DNA from: Candidatus Woesearchaeota archaeon
Lineage (GTDB): Archaea > Nanobdellota > Nanobdellia > Pacearchaeales > GW2011-AR1
Assembly (NCBI GenBank): GCA_964365855.1
Contig: CAYIRC010000001.1
Location: forward strand, 1 to 50,737
Reading direction: 5' to 3'
DNA: 50,737 bases
A program made the position numbers and the translations under genes. The notes beneath the pieces were generated by a model. It was not told where the DNA came from. It saw nothing but the letters and a program-made list of their open reading frames with translations, and made no database searches. This document shows positions 18,126-26,717 of this stretch, one piece after another (position 1 is the stretch's first letter; each line of letters starts with the position of its first letter).

Positions 18126-18854
18126 CTACACTGAATTTTTGCAGCAGAAAGCACTTATTGGTTTATCAGCTGTATCTTTAACCTTAACAGTTAAATCATT
18201 GCCTGTAACACATTTGATTGTAGACCAAGCACCGCCAACACTAGCGCAAGTAATCTTGCAGCATAAAGCATTTGCATTAGGCTTATCATTTGTATCTGTT
18301 ACCTGGCTGGTTAAATCACTTTCAGCAGCTTTTGCAGCAATAACATCCGGGCAAACTTTAACATTACTAACAATAACAGGTGCAAGCCATGTTCCTCCAG
18401 CAATTCCGCAAGTCTTTCCAAGGCCAAATCTCAAGCTGCACTCTGTATTTTTATTAGTTATTGCAATGCCATTAATAGTAAATGTATCTTCTTTTATAGC
18501 TTTGCAGGACTCTACAATATTGTCTTTATAATTATCACAGTTAAATTGTTTATCCGCACTTAATTGACTTTTTATTCTTTCAGAATTACATGTTACATAC
18601 TCTTTCTTGCCACTAACTTTAATTGTTTTTAAATCAGCACAATAACTAGGGGAAGCTCCGTTTTCATTAATGCATGCAGTAACAGCATTAGATTCTAATC
18701 CTCCTCCCGAGCTAAAAATATTGCCTATAGAAGTGGTGATATCATTCCAATTAGGAACAACAAAAATTACAACAAGAACTAAAACAATTGCAGCAATTAT
18801 CAGCCCGACTACCCATCCTTTAGGGTCTGAATCCTGCCCCTTTTTATTCAACAT
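18126..18854 (-). CDS. pilin-like protein with class-III-type signal and Cys-rich tandem C-terminal modules
   Basis: ATG at 18854 (track start TTG 18863). MLNKKGQDSDPKGWVVGLIIAAIVLVLVVIFVV. Two tandem modules TCxxxGGxW...KxC...DLTxxVxDTxDKP...CCK (18138..18413). TTTATAAA box about 25 nt upstream of the ATG. Confidence 0.65.
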   Translation of the reverse strand: MLNKKGQDSDPKGWVVGLIIAAIVLVLVVIFVVPNWNDITTSIGNIFSSGGGLESNAVTACINENGASPSYCADLKTIKVSGKKEYVTCNSERIKSQLSADKQFNCDNYKDNIVESCKAIKEDTFTINGIAITNKNTECSLRFGLGKTCGIAGGTWLAPVIVSNVKVCPDVIAAKAAESDLTSQVTDTNDKPNANALCCKITCASVGGAWSTIKCVTGNDLTVKVKDTADKPISAFCCKNSV

Positions 18855-18897
18855 AAATATCAAAAAGGTTTTTTCTTTATAAATGTTTCTAACTTTT

Positions 18898-19689
18898 TTA
18901 ATTCGAAGCAGGAATTAAGAATTTTATTGCAATATTTTTAAAATTACCATCAATATTAAACTTTTTTTTGCTTGTCAGAGTAATTAAATTATATTCTCCT
19001 TTATTTTCACTCTCTTCCAAAAAATTAGGCAGCTCTTCTTTAAAGCAGTCATAAGCTCCAGTTCCTTTGCATTTTTCGGCAGTTGTATAAATTTTGCCAA
19101 AATCATCAAGTCCTTTTTCAGTTAAGTTAATTGTAACAAAATTATTATCTGGCATGTAATTAATCGCCATGTTAACATCAAGCTTCTCGCCTTCAGCTGC
19201 TTTTATAAGCCCGAACCATATCTCTATAGGTACTTTGGTTTTATGCACAAGCTGTGTTGAAATCAAAAAGTTTTCAACTTTAATTTTTACTAAGCCATCA
19301 CTGAATTCAATGCTTGCAGATTTTGAAGGATATTTTTTAATTTCCTCCGGAAAATTAAAATTCAGTTTGTCTAAAAACATTTTTTCAGCACTCTTCTTAT
19401 CAAAGTTATTTAGAATTAATATGCCATTCTTCATTGGATTTGTCTCGCCAAAAAGAGTTCCTTCTTTTGCCATTTGATTATAGCTTTTTGCTATAGAATT
19501 TTCTCCAGCTTGCTCAAGATAAAACTTAATCTGGTCTTCTTTTCCATAAGCAACATCCAAAAATCTTGAATGCATAATATGTGTCTCAAACCCATTTAAA
19601 TTAATAACAAAACTAAAAAGTGCTGCGCCAGAAATAATCACTGTTGTAATAACCAGTAAAACAATCGAAAGGTCTCCTCTTTTATTCAT
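18898..19689 (-). CDS. pilin-like protein (class-III signal peptide)
   Basis: ATG at 19689 gives MNKRGDLSIVLLVITTVIISGAALF. GGAGG lies 11 nt upstream. Track start 19707 is GTG. Confidence 0.65.
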   Translation of the reverse strand: MNKRGDLSIVLLVITTVIISGAALFSFVINLNGFETHIMHSRFLDVAYGKEDQIKFYLEQAGENSIAKSYNQMAKEGTLFGETNPMKNGILILNNFDKKSAEKMFLDKLNFNFPEEIKKYPSKSASIEFSDGLVKIKVENFLISTQLVHKTKVPIEIWFGLIKAAEGEKLDVNMAINYMPDNNFVTINLTEKGLDDFGKIYTTAEKCKGTGAYDCFKEELPNFLEESENKGEYNLITLTSKKKFNIDGNFKNIAIKFLIPASN

Positions 19690-19690
19690 C

Positions 19691-20290
19691 TTAATTGCTT
19701 CCTCCACAAATCGCTATTTTTCGGTCATTTGATAAAATTAATTCTGCAAATATGCTGCATTCTGCAGCTAGCTTTTTGCTTACAAGTTCAGCCTGCTCTG
19801 CCATTGAAGTATCTGTATTTATATTGCTCCATATGCTCTGCTTTTTAATAATCGCAAAATCTTTATATTTGCCAATTTGATTTGAATAAAATTTTTTATC
19901 AATTTCTTCATCAGCTACAAATACTCTTAGCCAAACTGACTTGTCTGGAAAATTTGTGTCCAAAAAAGCCTGGCTAAGTTCCTTAAATTTTTTAGCTGCT
20001 TCATTTCCAAGAGTAGCATCTTCAACCAGATTTTTAACCTGAATTTTTTTGCTATTAAGCTCAATAGGCATCACAACAAATTTAATAAGTCCTTGTTGCA
20101 TTTCAAAGCTGGATATTGCATCTTTTTCAAAAATATCTTCTGTCTGGCTTACACTAATATCTGGCTTTACACTCTCCTTTTGTGTTGCAATAAAAGTGCT
20201 TGCTGCAACATAAATAAGCATAACAAAAAAAACAATTATAAAAGCTATAACCCATGTTAATGTTACTCCTATCTGTCCTCTATAATTCAT
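19691..20290 (-). CDS. pilin-like protein (class-III signal peptide)
   Basis: MNYRGQIGVTLTWVIAFIIVFFVMLIYVAA. GGGAGG lies 6 nt upstream. The start shares one base with the upstream stop (TAATG). Confidence 0.7.
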   Translation of the reverse strand: MNYRGQIGVTLTWVIAFIIVFFVMLIYVAASTFIATQKESVKPDISVSQTEDIFEKDAISSFEMQQGLIKFVVMPIELNSKKIQVKNLVEDATLGNEAAKKFKELSQAFLDTNFPDKSVWLRVFVADEEIDKKFYSNQIGKYKDFAIIKKQSIWSNINTDTSMAEQAELVSKKLAAECSIFAELILSNDRKIAICGGSN

Positions 20291-20838
20291 TATGTGCCTC
20301 CCATAAAATTTCTTTTGCCAGCTTGATTAGAACCAGCTATTACACTAACATATCCTTGTGCAATCTCTCCATTTTTGTAATATAAAAATACTTTTTCATT
20401 TGTAACGCAAATAGGATAATGAACTGCTTTTGTCCCTTTTCCATTGCTCGAATCCGCAGTTATCTTGCAATCTGCAAGAAAGGAAGCCTGACCCCCGGAA
20501 ATTTCGTCTCTCATAAGTTTTTTAGATTCATTATAAACCCCGATTTTAAAATAAAAATTGCTTCCTTTACCAAATATATTACTGTTCAAGCCGCATTTTT
20601 CAAAAATACCAAAATCTTTATTTAAAACCACAGTATTGAGATGCCCTCGCTCAATAAAACAGTTAACTATTCTATTCGAAAGAACATCAGCTTCAACCGC
20701 TCTTATATCTACGTCGCTTGAATAAAAAACAAGTGTTCCTATAACTATCCCTGCTGCAATAATTATTAATACAAGAAACCACCAAATCGAAAGTAGCTTT
20801 TCCCCGCCTTTTTTATTAAGTTTTAGCATTGATATCAT
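20290..20838 (-). CDS. pilin-like protein (class-III signal peptide)
   Basis: M(ISM)LKLNKKGGEKLLSIWWFLVLIIIAAGIVIG. The ATG at 20829 is an alternative start. Confidence 0.6.
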   Translation of the reverse strand: MISMLKLNKKGGEKLLSIWWFLVLIIIAAGIVIGTLVFYSSDVDIRAVEADVLSNRIVNCFIERGHLNTVVLNKDFGIFEKCGLNSNIFGKGSNFYFKIGVYNESKKLMRDEISGGQASFLADCKITADSSNGKGTKAVHYPICVTNEKVFLYYKNGEIAQGYVSVIAGSNQAGKRNFMGGT

Positions 20839-21268
20839 CCTTCTTGTCAGAAATAATTATCCTCAATAAAACTCCCACTGGCTCTATCTTTATGTTATAG
20901 CTTGAAAAATACTGGAAGCTATAGCCCTGCCCCTTGCCACTCAAATCAACAATAACACGATTATTTTTTTGGTCAATTATTACTATATTTTTTATATTTT
21001 CTTTAGATGCTTTTTTCTGCGCAATTGTTATTCCATCGCTCATATCCAAATACAAAGTCATTTCAGGTTTTGCTCCGTCTATCATCAATGCAATTTGTTT
21101 TGCATAAGTTTGTTCATAAACACCTGCTCCGCTTGCAGACTTCCAGACAAAAAACATTAAAGCAGCAAAAAAAATTATATTTAAAACAATAAAAATCACT
21201 GTTTCAAAAACAACAGTATCTCCTTTTTTGTTGTATAATCCATTTTTTATCATTAAACCTTTAATCAT
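20816..21268 (-). CDS. pilin-like protein (class-III signal peptide)
   Basis: ATG at 21268 (track start TTG 21271). ...LYNKKGDTVVFETVIFIVLNIIFFAALMFFV. Confidence 0.65.
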   Translation of the reverse strand: MIKGLMIKNGLYNKKGDTVVFETVIFIVLNIIFFAALMFFVWKSASGAGVYEQTYAKQIALMIDGAKPEMTLYLDMSDGITIAQKKASKENIKNIVIIDQKNNRVIVDLSGKGQGYSFQYFSSYNIKIEPVGVLLRIIISDKKDDINAKT

Positions 21269-21284
21269 CAAAATATTATAAACT

Positions 21285-21357
21285 TATAGTTAAGGACATT
21301 AACAATTCCGCACATTGTCATTAACTATTTAAGGAAAGACTTATGTCTTTCACTATA
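21285..21357 (+). repeat. 73-nt structured intergenic repeat, copy 1
   Basis: tatagtTaaggacatt...ttAactatttaaggaaagacttatgtctttcactata. Begins 2 nt beyond the stop of 21359..22687. Confidence 0.7.
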
Positions 21358-21358
21358 A

Positions 21359-22687
21359 TTATGGAATATTTTCAAGTGTAGAGCAATACTGTCTTATAGT
21401 ATCTTCGTCATAATTAACCGCCCTAACAGCACTGCAGCCCTCTCTTGCAGAATCTCCAAAGCTTACATCCCCGCAATATCCTGCAGTAACGCTTCTTTGC
21501 CAGTAAACATTTGCCTGCTGCACAGCCCCAGTCACAACTGCCAGTGCAATAATAGCTTTGTCTATATAGCTAAGAGCGCTTAATACCTTCCTTGCGCCTG
21601 CTTTTGCTCCTCCACTGATAAGAGCTTTCTTCGGCACAGCACTTCCCATACTTGTAGGCACAAGTATCCCTCCCTTCGAGGTCTTGTATCCTGGAACAGA
21701 AATTTTAGGTACAGATGGTGTAGGAATGGGGGGCGTAGAAGGAAGTTTTGATTTTGCCGTAGTACGACCAAGACTAAATCCCAATACAGTCGAGGTAACT
21801 GACAAAAGATTGCTAAAAGTTTCTGCATGAGACGGCGAAGTTATCTGCATGAATACAATAGCAACATCATCCTTGCTAAAATCTATCTGCCTCTCTATTG
21901 AGTCATAAACTAAATTCGCTCCCTCTTTTTCAATATTCTTAGTTGTAAGAATTCCGTCGTCTATTTCACTCGAGCTATCAGCACTGTTAGATGTATTTGT
22001 CGAAGCACTCCCAGAACCATCCGAAGCACTCACATCAGCATCTGGTTCCATCTTTACAGCTGCTGAATCAGAAAGCAGATTAGCATCAACATTTATCTGC
22101 CCTCCTTCCTTAGTAAAATAATCAGCATAAGAAATATCCTTGTCCGGAAGCGCATGCGTTGCCATATATCCAAAAACATCAACATTCTTAAGCTGTTCAT
22201 TTCCAAGTCCCTGCTTATCCAGATTTTTCATGTCAAATGAAATTCTCGAACAAATCACACAGCTCGGATAAACATCTCCTAAGCCTGATGCTTGCGCCCA
22301 CCACTGCGAGAAAATGCTTACTTTTCCCTCGCCCATCATAGTCCAGCAGTCATACATCTTGCCAGTGATTACCTTTGCAACCTGGTCAGCATCTTTTACT
22401 TTTACTGTTGTAACACCAGGGGTATTCTCAAGTTGAGGGCACTTGCCGCCGATTAAACCTGAAGTAATGCATGTTTTGTCTGTTTTGCATTTTAATGGCA
22501 CATAATCTTTCAATTGTGCAAAAGAAGGCAATGTTGCTCTGTAAATAACACTCTGATGGCATACTTCTTTGTCAACCTTTCCAGTCCAGCTTAATTGCGA
22601 GATAATAAGCGCAACAATTCCAAATCCAATTACAGTTATAATTATCCATACAAGTGTTCCTGAAGTTATTTCCCCTCTCTTTTTCAT
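21359..22687 (-). CDS. large pilin-like protein (class-III signal, Cys-rich, S/T/P-rich linkers)
   Basis: MKKRGEITSGTLVWIIITVIGFGIVALII. Many Cys, low-complexity SASDGSGSASTNTSNSADSSS and STPPIPTPSVP segments, and a second hydrophobic segment near the C-terminus. Confidence 0.65.
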   Translation of the reverse strand: MKKRGEITSGTLVWIIITVIGFGIVALIISQLSWTGKVDKEVCHQSVIYRATLPSFAQLKDYVPLKCKTDKTCITSGLIGGKCPQLENTPGVTTVKVKDADQVAKVITGKMYDCWTMMGEGKVSIFSQWWAQASGLGDVYPSCVICSRISFDMKNLDKQGLGNEQLKNVDVFGYMATHALPDKDISYADYFTKEGGQINVDANLLSDSAAVKMEPDADVSASDGSGSASTNTSNSADSSSEIDDGILTTKNIEKEGANLVYDSIERQIDFSKDDVAIVFMQITSPSHAETFSNLLSVTSTVLGFSLGRTTAKSKLPSTPPIPTPSVPKISVPGYKTSKGGILVPTSMGSAVPKKALISGGAKAGARKVLSALSYIDKAIIALAVVTGAVQQANVYWQRSVTAGYCGDVSFGDSAREGCSAVRAVNYDEDTIRQYCSTLENIP

Positions 22688-22718
22688 GCTTATTTAAAAT
22701 TTGTTTATTATTTAATTA

Positions 22719-22844
22719 TTATGAAAATAATCTCTCTCTTAAAATAATGAGAGAATACGCCAATATGCCAAATAAAAGTATCCACGGGAAATACTCAATA
22801 AATGTTTCCCAAATGCTTTTTCCTTTTTTGTTTTTTATCGCCAT
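22719..22844 (-). CDS. 41-aa mini-pilin-like ORF (not in the supplied track)
   Basis: Hand translation: MAIKNKKGKSIWETFIEYFPWILLFGILAYSLIILRERLFS-stop. It has a KKG motif, Glu at +5 after Gly, and a hydrophobic helix. It begins 3 nt after the upstream stop. Confidence 0.5.
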   Translation of the reverse strand: MAIKNKKGKSIWETFIEYFPWILLFGILAYSLIILRERLFS

Positions 22845-22847
22845 TTT

Positions 22848-23774
22848 CTATAAATTCTTCGGGTCTTTCTTGCTGGAATATTCAATATAAAGTGTAAATT
22901 CATCCTCACAAATTTTTTCTTTGCTCTCAATCAAGATTCCATTTGCCATAGTGCTGAAGTAATCAATAACCTTAGATAATATTTCATGCTCTTTATTTTG
23001 CTTATCAACATAATACACTCTGATTTCCTCTCTGCTTTGCTTTATAATCTCATCAATATAAGCCTTAATTATCTCTTCTGCTTTAGCCTCGCTTTCACTT
23101 GAAGCCTGTACCTTCCCATTGTCATAATGGCAGTTATTGCCTATAAAAATTTTCAAGAAATTACTAAATAAAATATTTTTTTGTCCGTTAAAATCTATTT
23201 GTTTATTCAGCAGATTATTAAGTGTAGATTCGGCAAGTACAGGAGACATATCTGCAATTATAACGGTTTCACCTTGTTTCTTCAAATAAAGAGTATAAGG
23301 CACTTTGTCAAACAAGATAAATTGAGTTTTAAGACCCGAGGCAATTAAAGAAGTCTTGGATATATCAAGTTTAGTCTGAATTGGTTTGCATACCACACAC
23401 CGGTCAATTCCGGCTTTTTTATAAAAAGAGTTAGAAGAGAATTTCGAACCACAAATACACAAGCAGTCACTTCCTGCACACGCTTGAGGCATGCTTTTTT
23501 CTTTATCAGCGCTAACAACATCAAAATTGTAATAAACTAAATACCTGTCTTTTGGCGCATTTACAAAATACTTTGTAATTTCACCTTCTTTAGTAAGGCT
23601 ATTAACTTTGTTAATAATAGCATCAAGAGTCGCGCGTGTCTGCTCAATTTCAGATTTCTTTCTCATTAAGTCATACATAGATATTCCAAGATAAACTAAA
23701 GCTAAAATGCAAATCGCTGCGATAATTAATTTCAATGCTTCTGGCAGCAAAATCGCTTTTCTATTCAAATTCAT
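22848..23774 (-). CDS. pilin-like protein (atypical signal, Cys-rich)
   Basis: MNLNRKAILLPEALKLIIAAICILALVYLG (basic residues, then Ala instead of Gly). CAGSDCLCICGS and CVVC clusters. Overlaps the upstream gene by 14 nt. Confidence 0.55.
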   Translation of the reverse strand: MNLNRKAILLPEALKLIIAAICILALVYLGISMYDLMRKKSEIEQTRATLDAIINKVNSLTKEGEITKYFVNAPKDRYLVYYNFDVVSADKEKSMPQACAGSDCLCICGSKFSSNSFYKKAGIDRCVVCKPIQTKLDISKTSLIASGLKTQFILFDKVPYTLYLKKQGETVIIADMSPVLAESTLNNLLNKQIDFNGQKNILFSNFLKIFIGNNCHYDNGKVQASSESEAKAEEIIKAYIDEIIKQSREEIRVYYVDKQNKEHEILSKVIDYFSTMANGILIESKEKICEDEFTLYIEYSSKKDPKNL

Positions 23775-24306
23775 TTACCGCTTTCTCTTTGTATGTGCAA
23801 AAAGATATTTGTACACTGACTTTAATAAAAAGTGCATTATTAAGCTTATTAAATTCTTCCTGCGTGATATACTTGCTTATAGATTCATATTTTGCAGAAA
23901 TAATCAATTTCTTATTTTCAACCTTTCCAACCTCGCTACTGCTAAAACCCAAATAAGTCGGCATCAAGATTTTTACGCTGTCTGCACCTTCTATCCTCGC
24001 AAATAATCCTGTTTTCTCGTAACTGCCATGCCTGTAAATCAAAAGATTATGCTTGTCTCCGCTTACCGGTTTGCTTTCTACTCTCGCCACTTTTTCATTG
24101 CATTTAAATCCCAGAGCCATAAGCTTGTCAGGAGTCAATTCAATTACTTTATCGTTGTTGTCATAACTATACCCTGGTAGATTTCGAATGTACGAAATAA
24201 TATCCACTTTAAAGATAAATATCAATACAGCAGCAATAACAACGCATACTAAAAAAATAATAATTATTTTTTCTATTGCATTGCCTTTGCTGTTTAGCCT
24301 CTTCAT
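23761..24306 (-). CDS. pilin-like protein (class-III signal peptide)
   Basis: MKRLNSKGNAIEKIIIIFLVCVVIAAVLIFIF. The start is 1 nt after the stop of the 51-aa ORF. Confidence 0.65.
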   Translation of the reverse strand: MKRLNSKGNAIEKIIIIFLVCVVIAAVLIFIFKVDIISYIRNLPGYSYDNNDKVIELTPDKLMALGFKCNEKVARVESKPVSGDKHNLLIYRHGSYEKTGLFARIEGADSVKILMPTYLGFSSSEVGKVENKKLIISAKYESISKYITQEEFNKLNNALFIKVSVQISFCTYKEKAVNEFE

Positions 24307-24307
24307 T

Positions 24308-24463
24308 TTATCCTCTAAAAAAGTTTCTTAAAAAACCCGAAATATCAACTTTTCCCTTCAGAATAGCATATCCTAAAATCACAATGCCTGCAACAACTGC
24401 TGCAATACCCCAGTAAGCAAGGGTTTCAAAGTCAATAGATAGTTCCCCCCTTTTGAATCTCAT
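24308..24463 (-). CDS. 51-aa mini-pilin-like ORF, first gene of the pilin operon (not in the supplied track)
   Basis: Hand translation: MRFKRGELSIDFETLAYWGIAAVVAGIVILGYAILKGKVDISGFLRNFFRG-stop. KRG motif followed by a hydrophobic helix. Size and shape recall Flp-type pilins. Confidence 0.55.
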   Translation of the reverse strand: MRFKRGELSIDFETLAYWGIAAVVAGIVILGYAILKGKVDISGFLRNFFRG

Positions 24464-24575
24464 TTAAATCAAAATCATTTTGTATTATTAAATATTTGTT
24501 TGTCAATACAAAATTGCAAACCATATAATTTATAACATCTTTCTTCTTTAAATAACAAATTAAAAGAGGATAAAA

Positions 24576-26717
24576 ATGTCTTCAACAGACGAAATTTTAA
24601 GAAAGTACTCTAGAAAGATAGAAGAGCAATTTGATTCAGTTCCGGAATTCTCGCAGGAATATATTCAATTTAAAAGTGAGATGATTCCAGAAATTTCAAG
24701 ATACGAACGCTGGGTAAAATCTCTGGGTAATGTAATAAAGCTAAAAGTTGCGGAAAAAGACAGAATTAATATTAAAAAATATATTGACATCGCTCATCTG
24801 GATGTTACACCCGAGCAGTCTCTTGCATTGGCTATTCTCTCCCTTTTACTAATCGCATTTGCAACAATAGGAATCGTCACTGCAATTTCTATGATTAATA
24901 ATTCATTCGAAGCGCTTTTGTTATTCCTTGGTATAATCACAAGTTTTTTTGTTTTCTACTATGCTTATACAATGCCTCAAAGGCTGGCAAATGCCTGGCG
25001 TTTAAGAGCTTCGTCGCAAATGGTTCCAGCTATACTTTATATCGTAGTCTATATGAAGCATACATCTAATCTTGAGCGCGCAGTAGAATTTGCTGCCCAG
25101 CATCTTGAAGGTCCTCTGGCATTAGATTTCAAAAAAATATTTTATAATGTTGAAATAGGCAAGTTTACAACAATCAAGCAATCTATAGATAATTACTTAG
25201 AATCCTGGAGAGATTACGCACCGGAATTTGTGGAGTCATTTCACTTAATAGAGTCCTCTTTATTTGAGCCATCAGAATCACGGCGCATTCAGATTTTGGA
25301 AAAATCTTTGCAGGTAATTCTTGATGGGATATATGAAAAAATGCTTAAATACTCGCGTGAAATTAGAAGCCCTTTGACTAATGTTTACATGTTGGGAATA
25401 ATTCTTCCAACTCTGGGTCTTGCTCTTATACCCTTGGCATCAACTTTGTTAGGCGGGATAATTAAATGGCAGCATATAATCGTTATCTTTAATATAATAT
25501 TTCCTTTTTTGGTATTTTATTTAACATCCGAAATTTTATTAAAAAGGCCAGGAGGATACGGAGAGTCGTCTGCTCTAGAGCTTAATCCAGACTATGAAAA
25601 ATTTAAATCCAAAAAGCCATGGATTAAATCCTTTCTAATATCATTTCCTCTTTTGATAATTGGTTTGATTCCATTTATTTTCCAAATAAATGCTTTCACA
25701 AATTTTTTAGGCTTGCAGCATGATTACACACTTGGACAATTAGGCTTAAGCTTTTTCCAGGACATGAGTCTTTTCGATTTCAAAGTTTATAACGAAAAGC
25801 TTATCGGCCCCTTTGGTTTATTTGGCTTGTTGCTAAGCTTGCTTATCCCCTTATCAATCGCATTATTTTTTATCATGGCATATACTGAAAAAACAAGAGT
25901 CTTGATAAAAGCTAGAGAAAAAACAAAAATTCTTGAAGAAGAGTTCACAAATTCATTATTTCAACTAGGAAATAGGCTTGGAGACGGCATTCCTGCAGAA
26001 ATCGCTTTTGCTAAAGTTGCTGAATCAACAAAAGGGCAAATCACGCAAAGTTTTTTTGCAATAGTAAATCAAAATATTCAGCAATTAGGAATGTCTCTTG
26101 AGCAGGCGGTTTTTAACAGGAAAAGAGGGGCAATCATCTTTTTCCCCTCGGCGCTGATTTCTACATCTATGAAGATACTTGTAGAATCTGTTAAAAAAGG
26201 TCTTGAAGTTGCTGCTCGCTCCCTAATGTCAATTTCTGAATATGTAAAAAATATTCAAAAAATAAATCAAAGATTAAGAGATTTGCTTGCAGAAGTAGTT
26301 TCAGATATGAAGTCAAATATGACTTTCTTAGCTCCTCTTTTAGCAGGCATTGTTATCGGCCTCTCTGCAATGATTGTAACAATATTAAATAAGCTTCAGC
26401 TGCTTCAAGCCTCTCTTGGTGGCGAAAGCGGCTTGGAAGGTTTAGGTTCCTTTGCCACAATAACAAGCCTGTTTAACATAAACGAAATGATTCCAACATA
26501 CTTCCTCCAGATTACAATCGGAGTTTATATTATCGAAGTTATATTTATACTTACAGGCACTCTAGTCACTGTTGACTCTGGTAAAGATATGTTAAAAGAA
26601 AAATATGACCTGGCAAAAAATTTGAAGATTGGAATCGTTCTTTATCTTGGAGCAGGATTAGTTTCAATTCTAGCTCTTACCCTTCTAGCTCAGATATCCC
26701 TAGCAGGCCTGACTTAA
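24576..26717 (+). CDS. type IV pilus/archaellum platform membrane protein (PilC/TadC/FlaJ, T2SS-F family)
   Basis: 713-aa polytopic membrane protein with two soluble helical T2SS-F-like domains (e.g. EEEFTNSLFQLGNRLGDGIPAEIAFAKVAE...GMSLEQAV). Divergent from the pilin operon. GAGG lies upstream of the ATG. Confidence 0.75.
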   Translation: MSSTDEILRKYSRKIEEQFDSVPEFSQEYIQFKSEMIPEISRYERWVKSLGNVIKLKVAEKDRINIKKYIDIAHLDVTPEQSLALAILSLLLIAFATIGIVTAISMINNSFEALLLFLGIITSFFVFYYAYTMPQRLANAWRLRASSQMVPAILYIVVYMKHTSNLERAVEFAAQHLEGPLALDFKKIFYNVEIGKFTTIKQSIDNYLESWRDYAPEFVESFHLIESSLFEPSESRRIQILEKSLQVILDGIYEKMLKYSREIRSPLTNVYMLGIILPTLGLALIPLASTLLGGIIKWQHIIVIFNIIFPFLVFYLTSEILLKRPGGYGESSALELNPDYEKFKSKKPWIKSFLISFPLLIIGLIPFIFQINAFTNFLGLQHDYTLGQLGLSFFQDMSLFDFKVYNEKLIGPFGLFGLLLSLLIPLSIALFFIMAYTEKTRVLIKAREKTKILEEEFTNSLFQLGNRLGDGIPAEIAFAKVAESTKGQITQSFFAIVNQNIQQLGMSLEQAVFNRKRGAIIFFPSALISTSMKILVESVKKGLEVAARSLMSISEYVKNIQKINQRLRDLLAEVVSDMKSNMTFLAPLLAGIVIGLSAMIVTILNKLQLLQASLGGESGLEGLGSFATITSLFNINEMIPTYFLQITIGVYIIEVIFILTGTLVTVDSGKDMLKEKYDLAKNLKIGIVLYLGAGLVSILALTLLAQISLAGLT

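Noticed and set aside
21285-21357. The 73-nt repeat is tRNA-sized with a closing stem, so it might be a tRNA or tRNA-like gene.
   Set aside because: There is no GTTC-type T-loop (the hairpin loop is only 4 nt) and no D-arm or anticodon-arm geometry. The sequence is very AT-rich, and two divergent copies sit at gene ends.
24478-24513. A 9-bp inverted repeat (ttttgtatt-N18-aatacaaaa) in the divergent pilin/platform promoter might be an operator.
   Set aside because: The arms are short and consist almost entirely of A/T in very AT-rich DNA, so a chance occurrence is plausible. No second copy was noticed.
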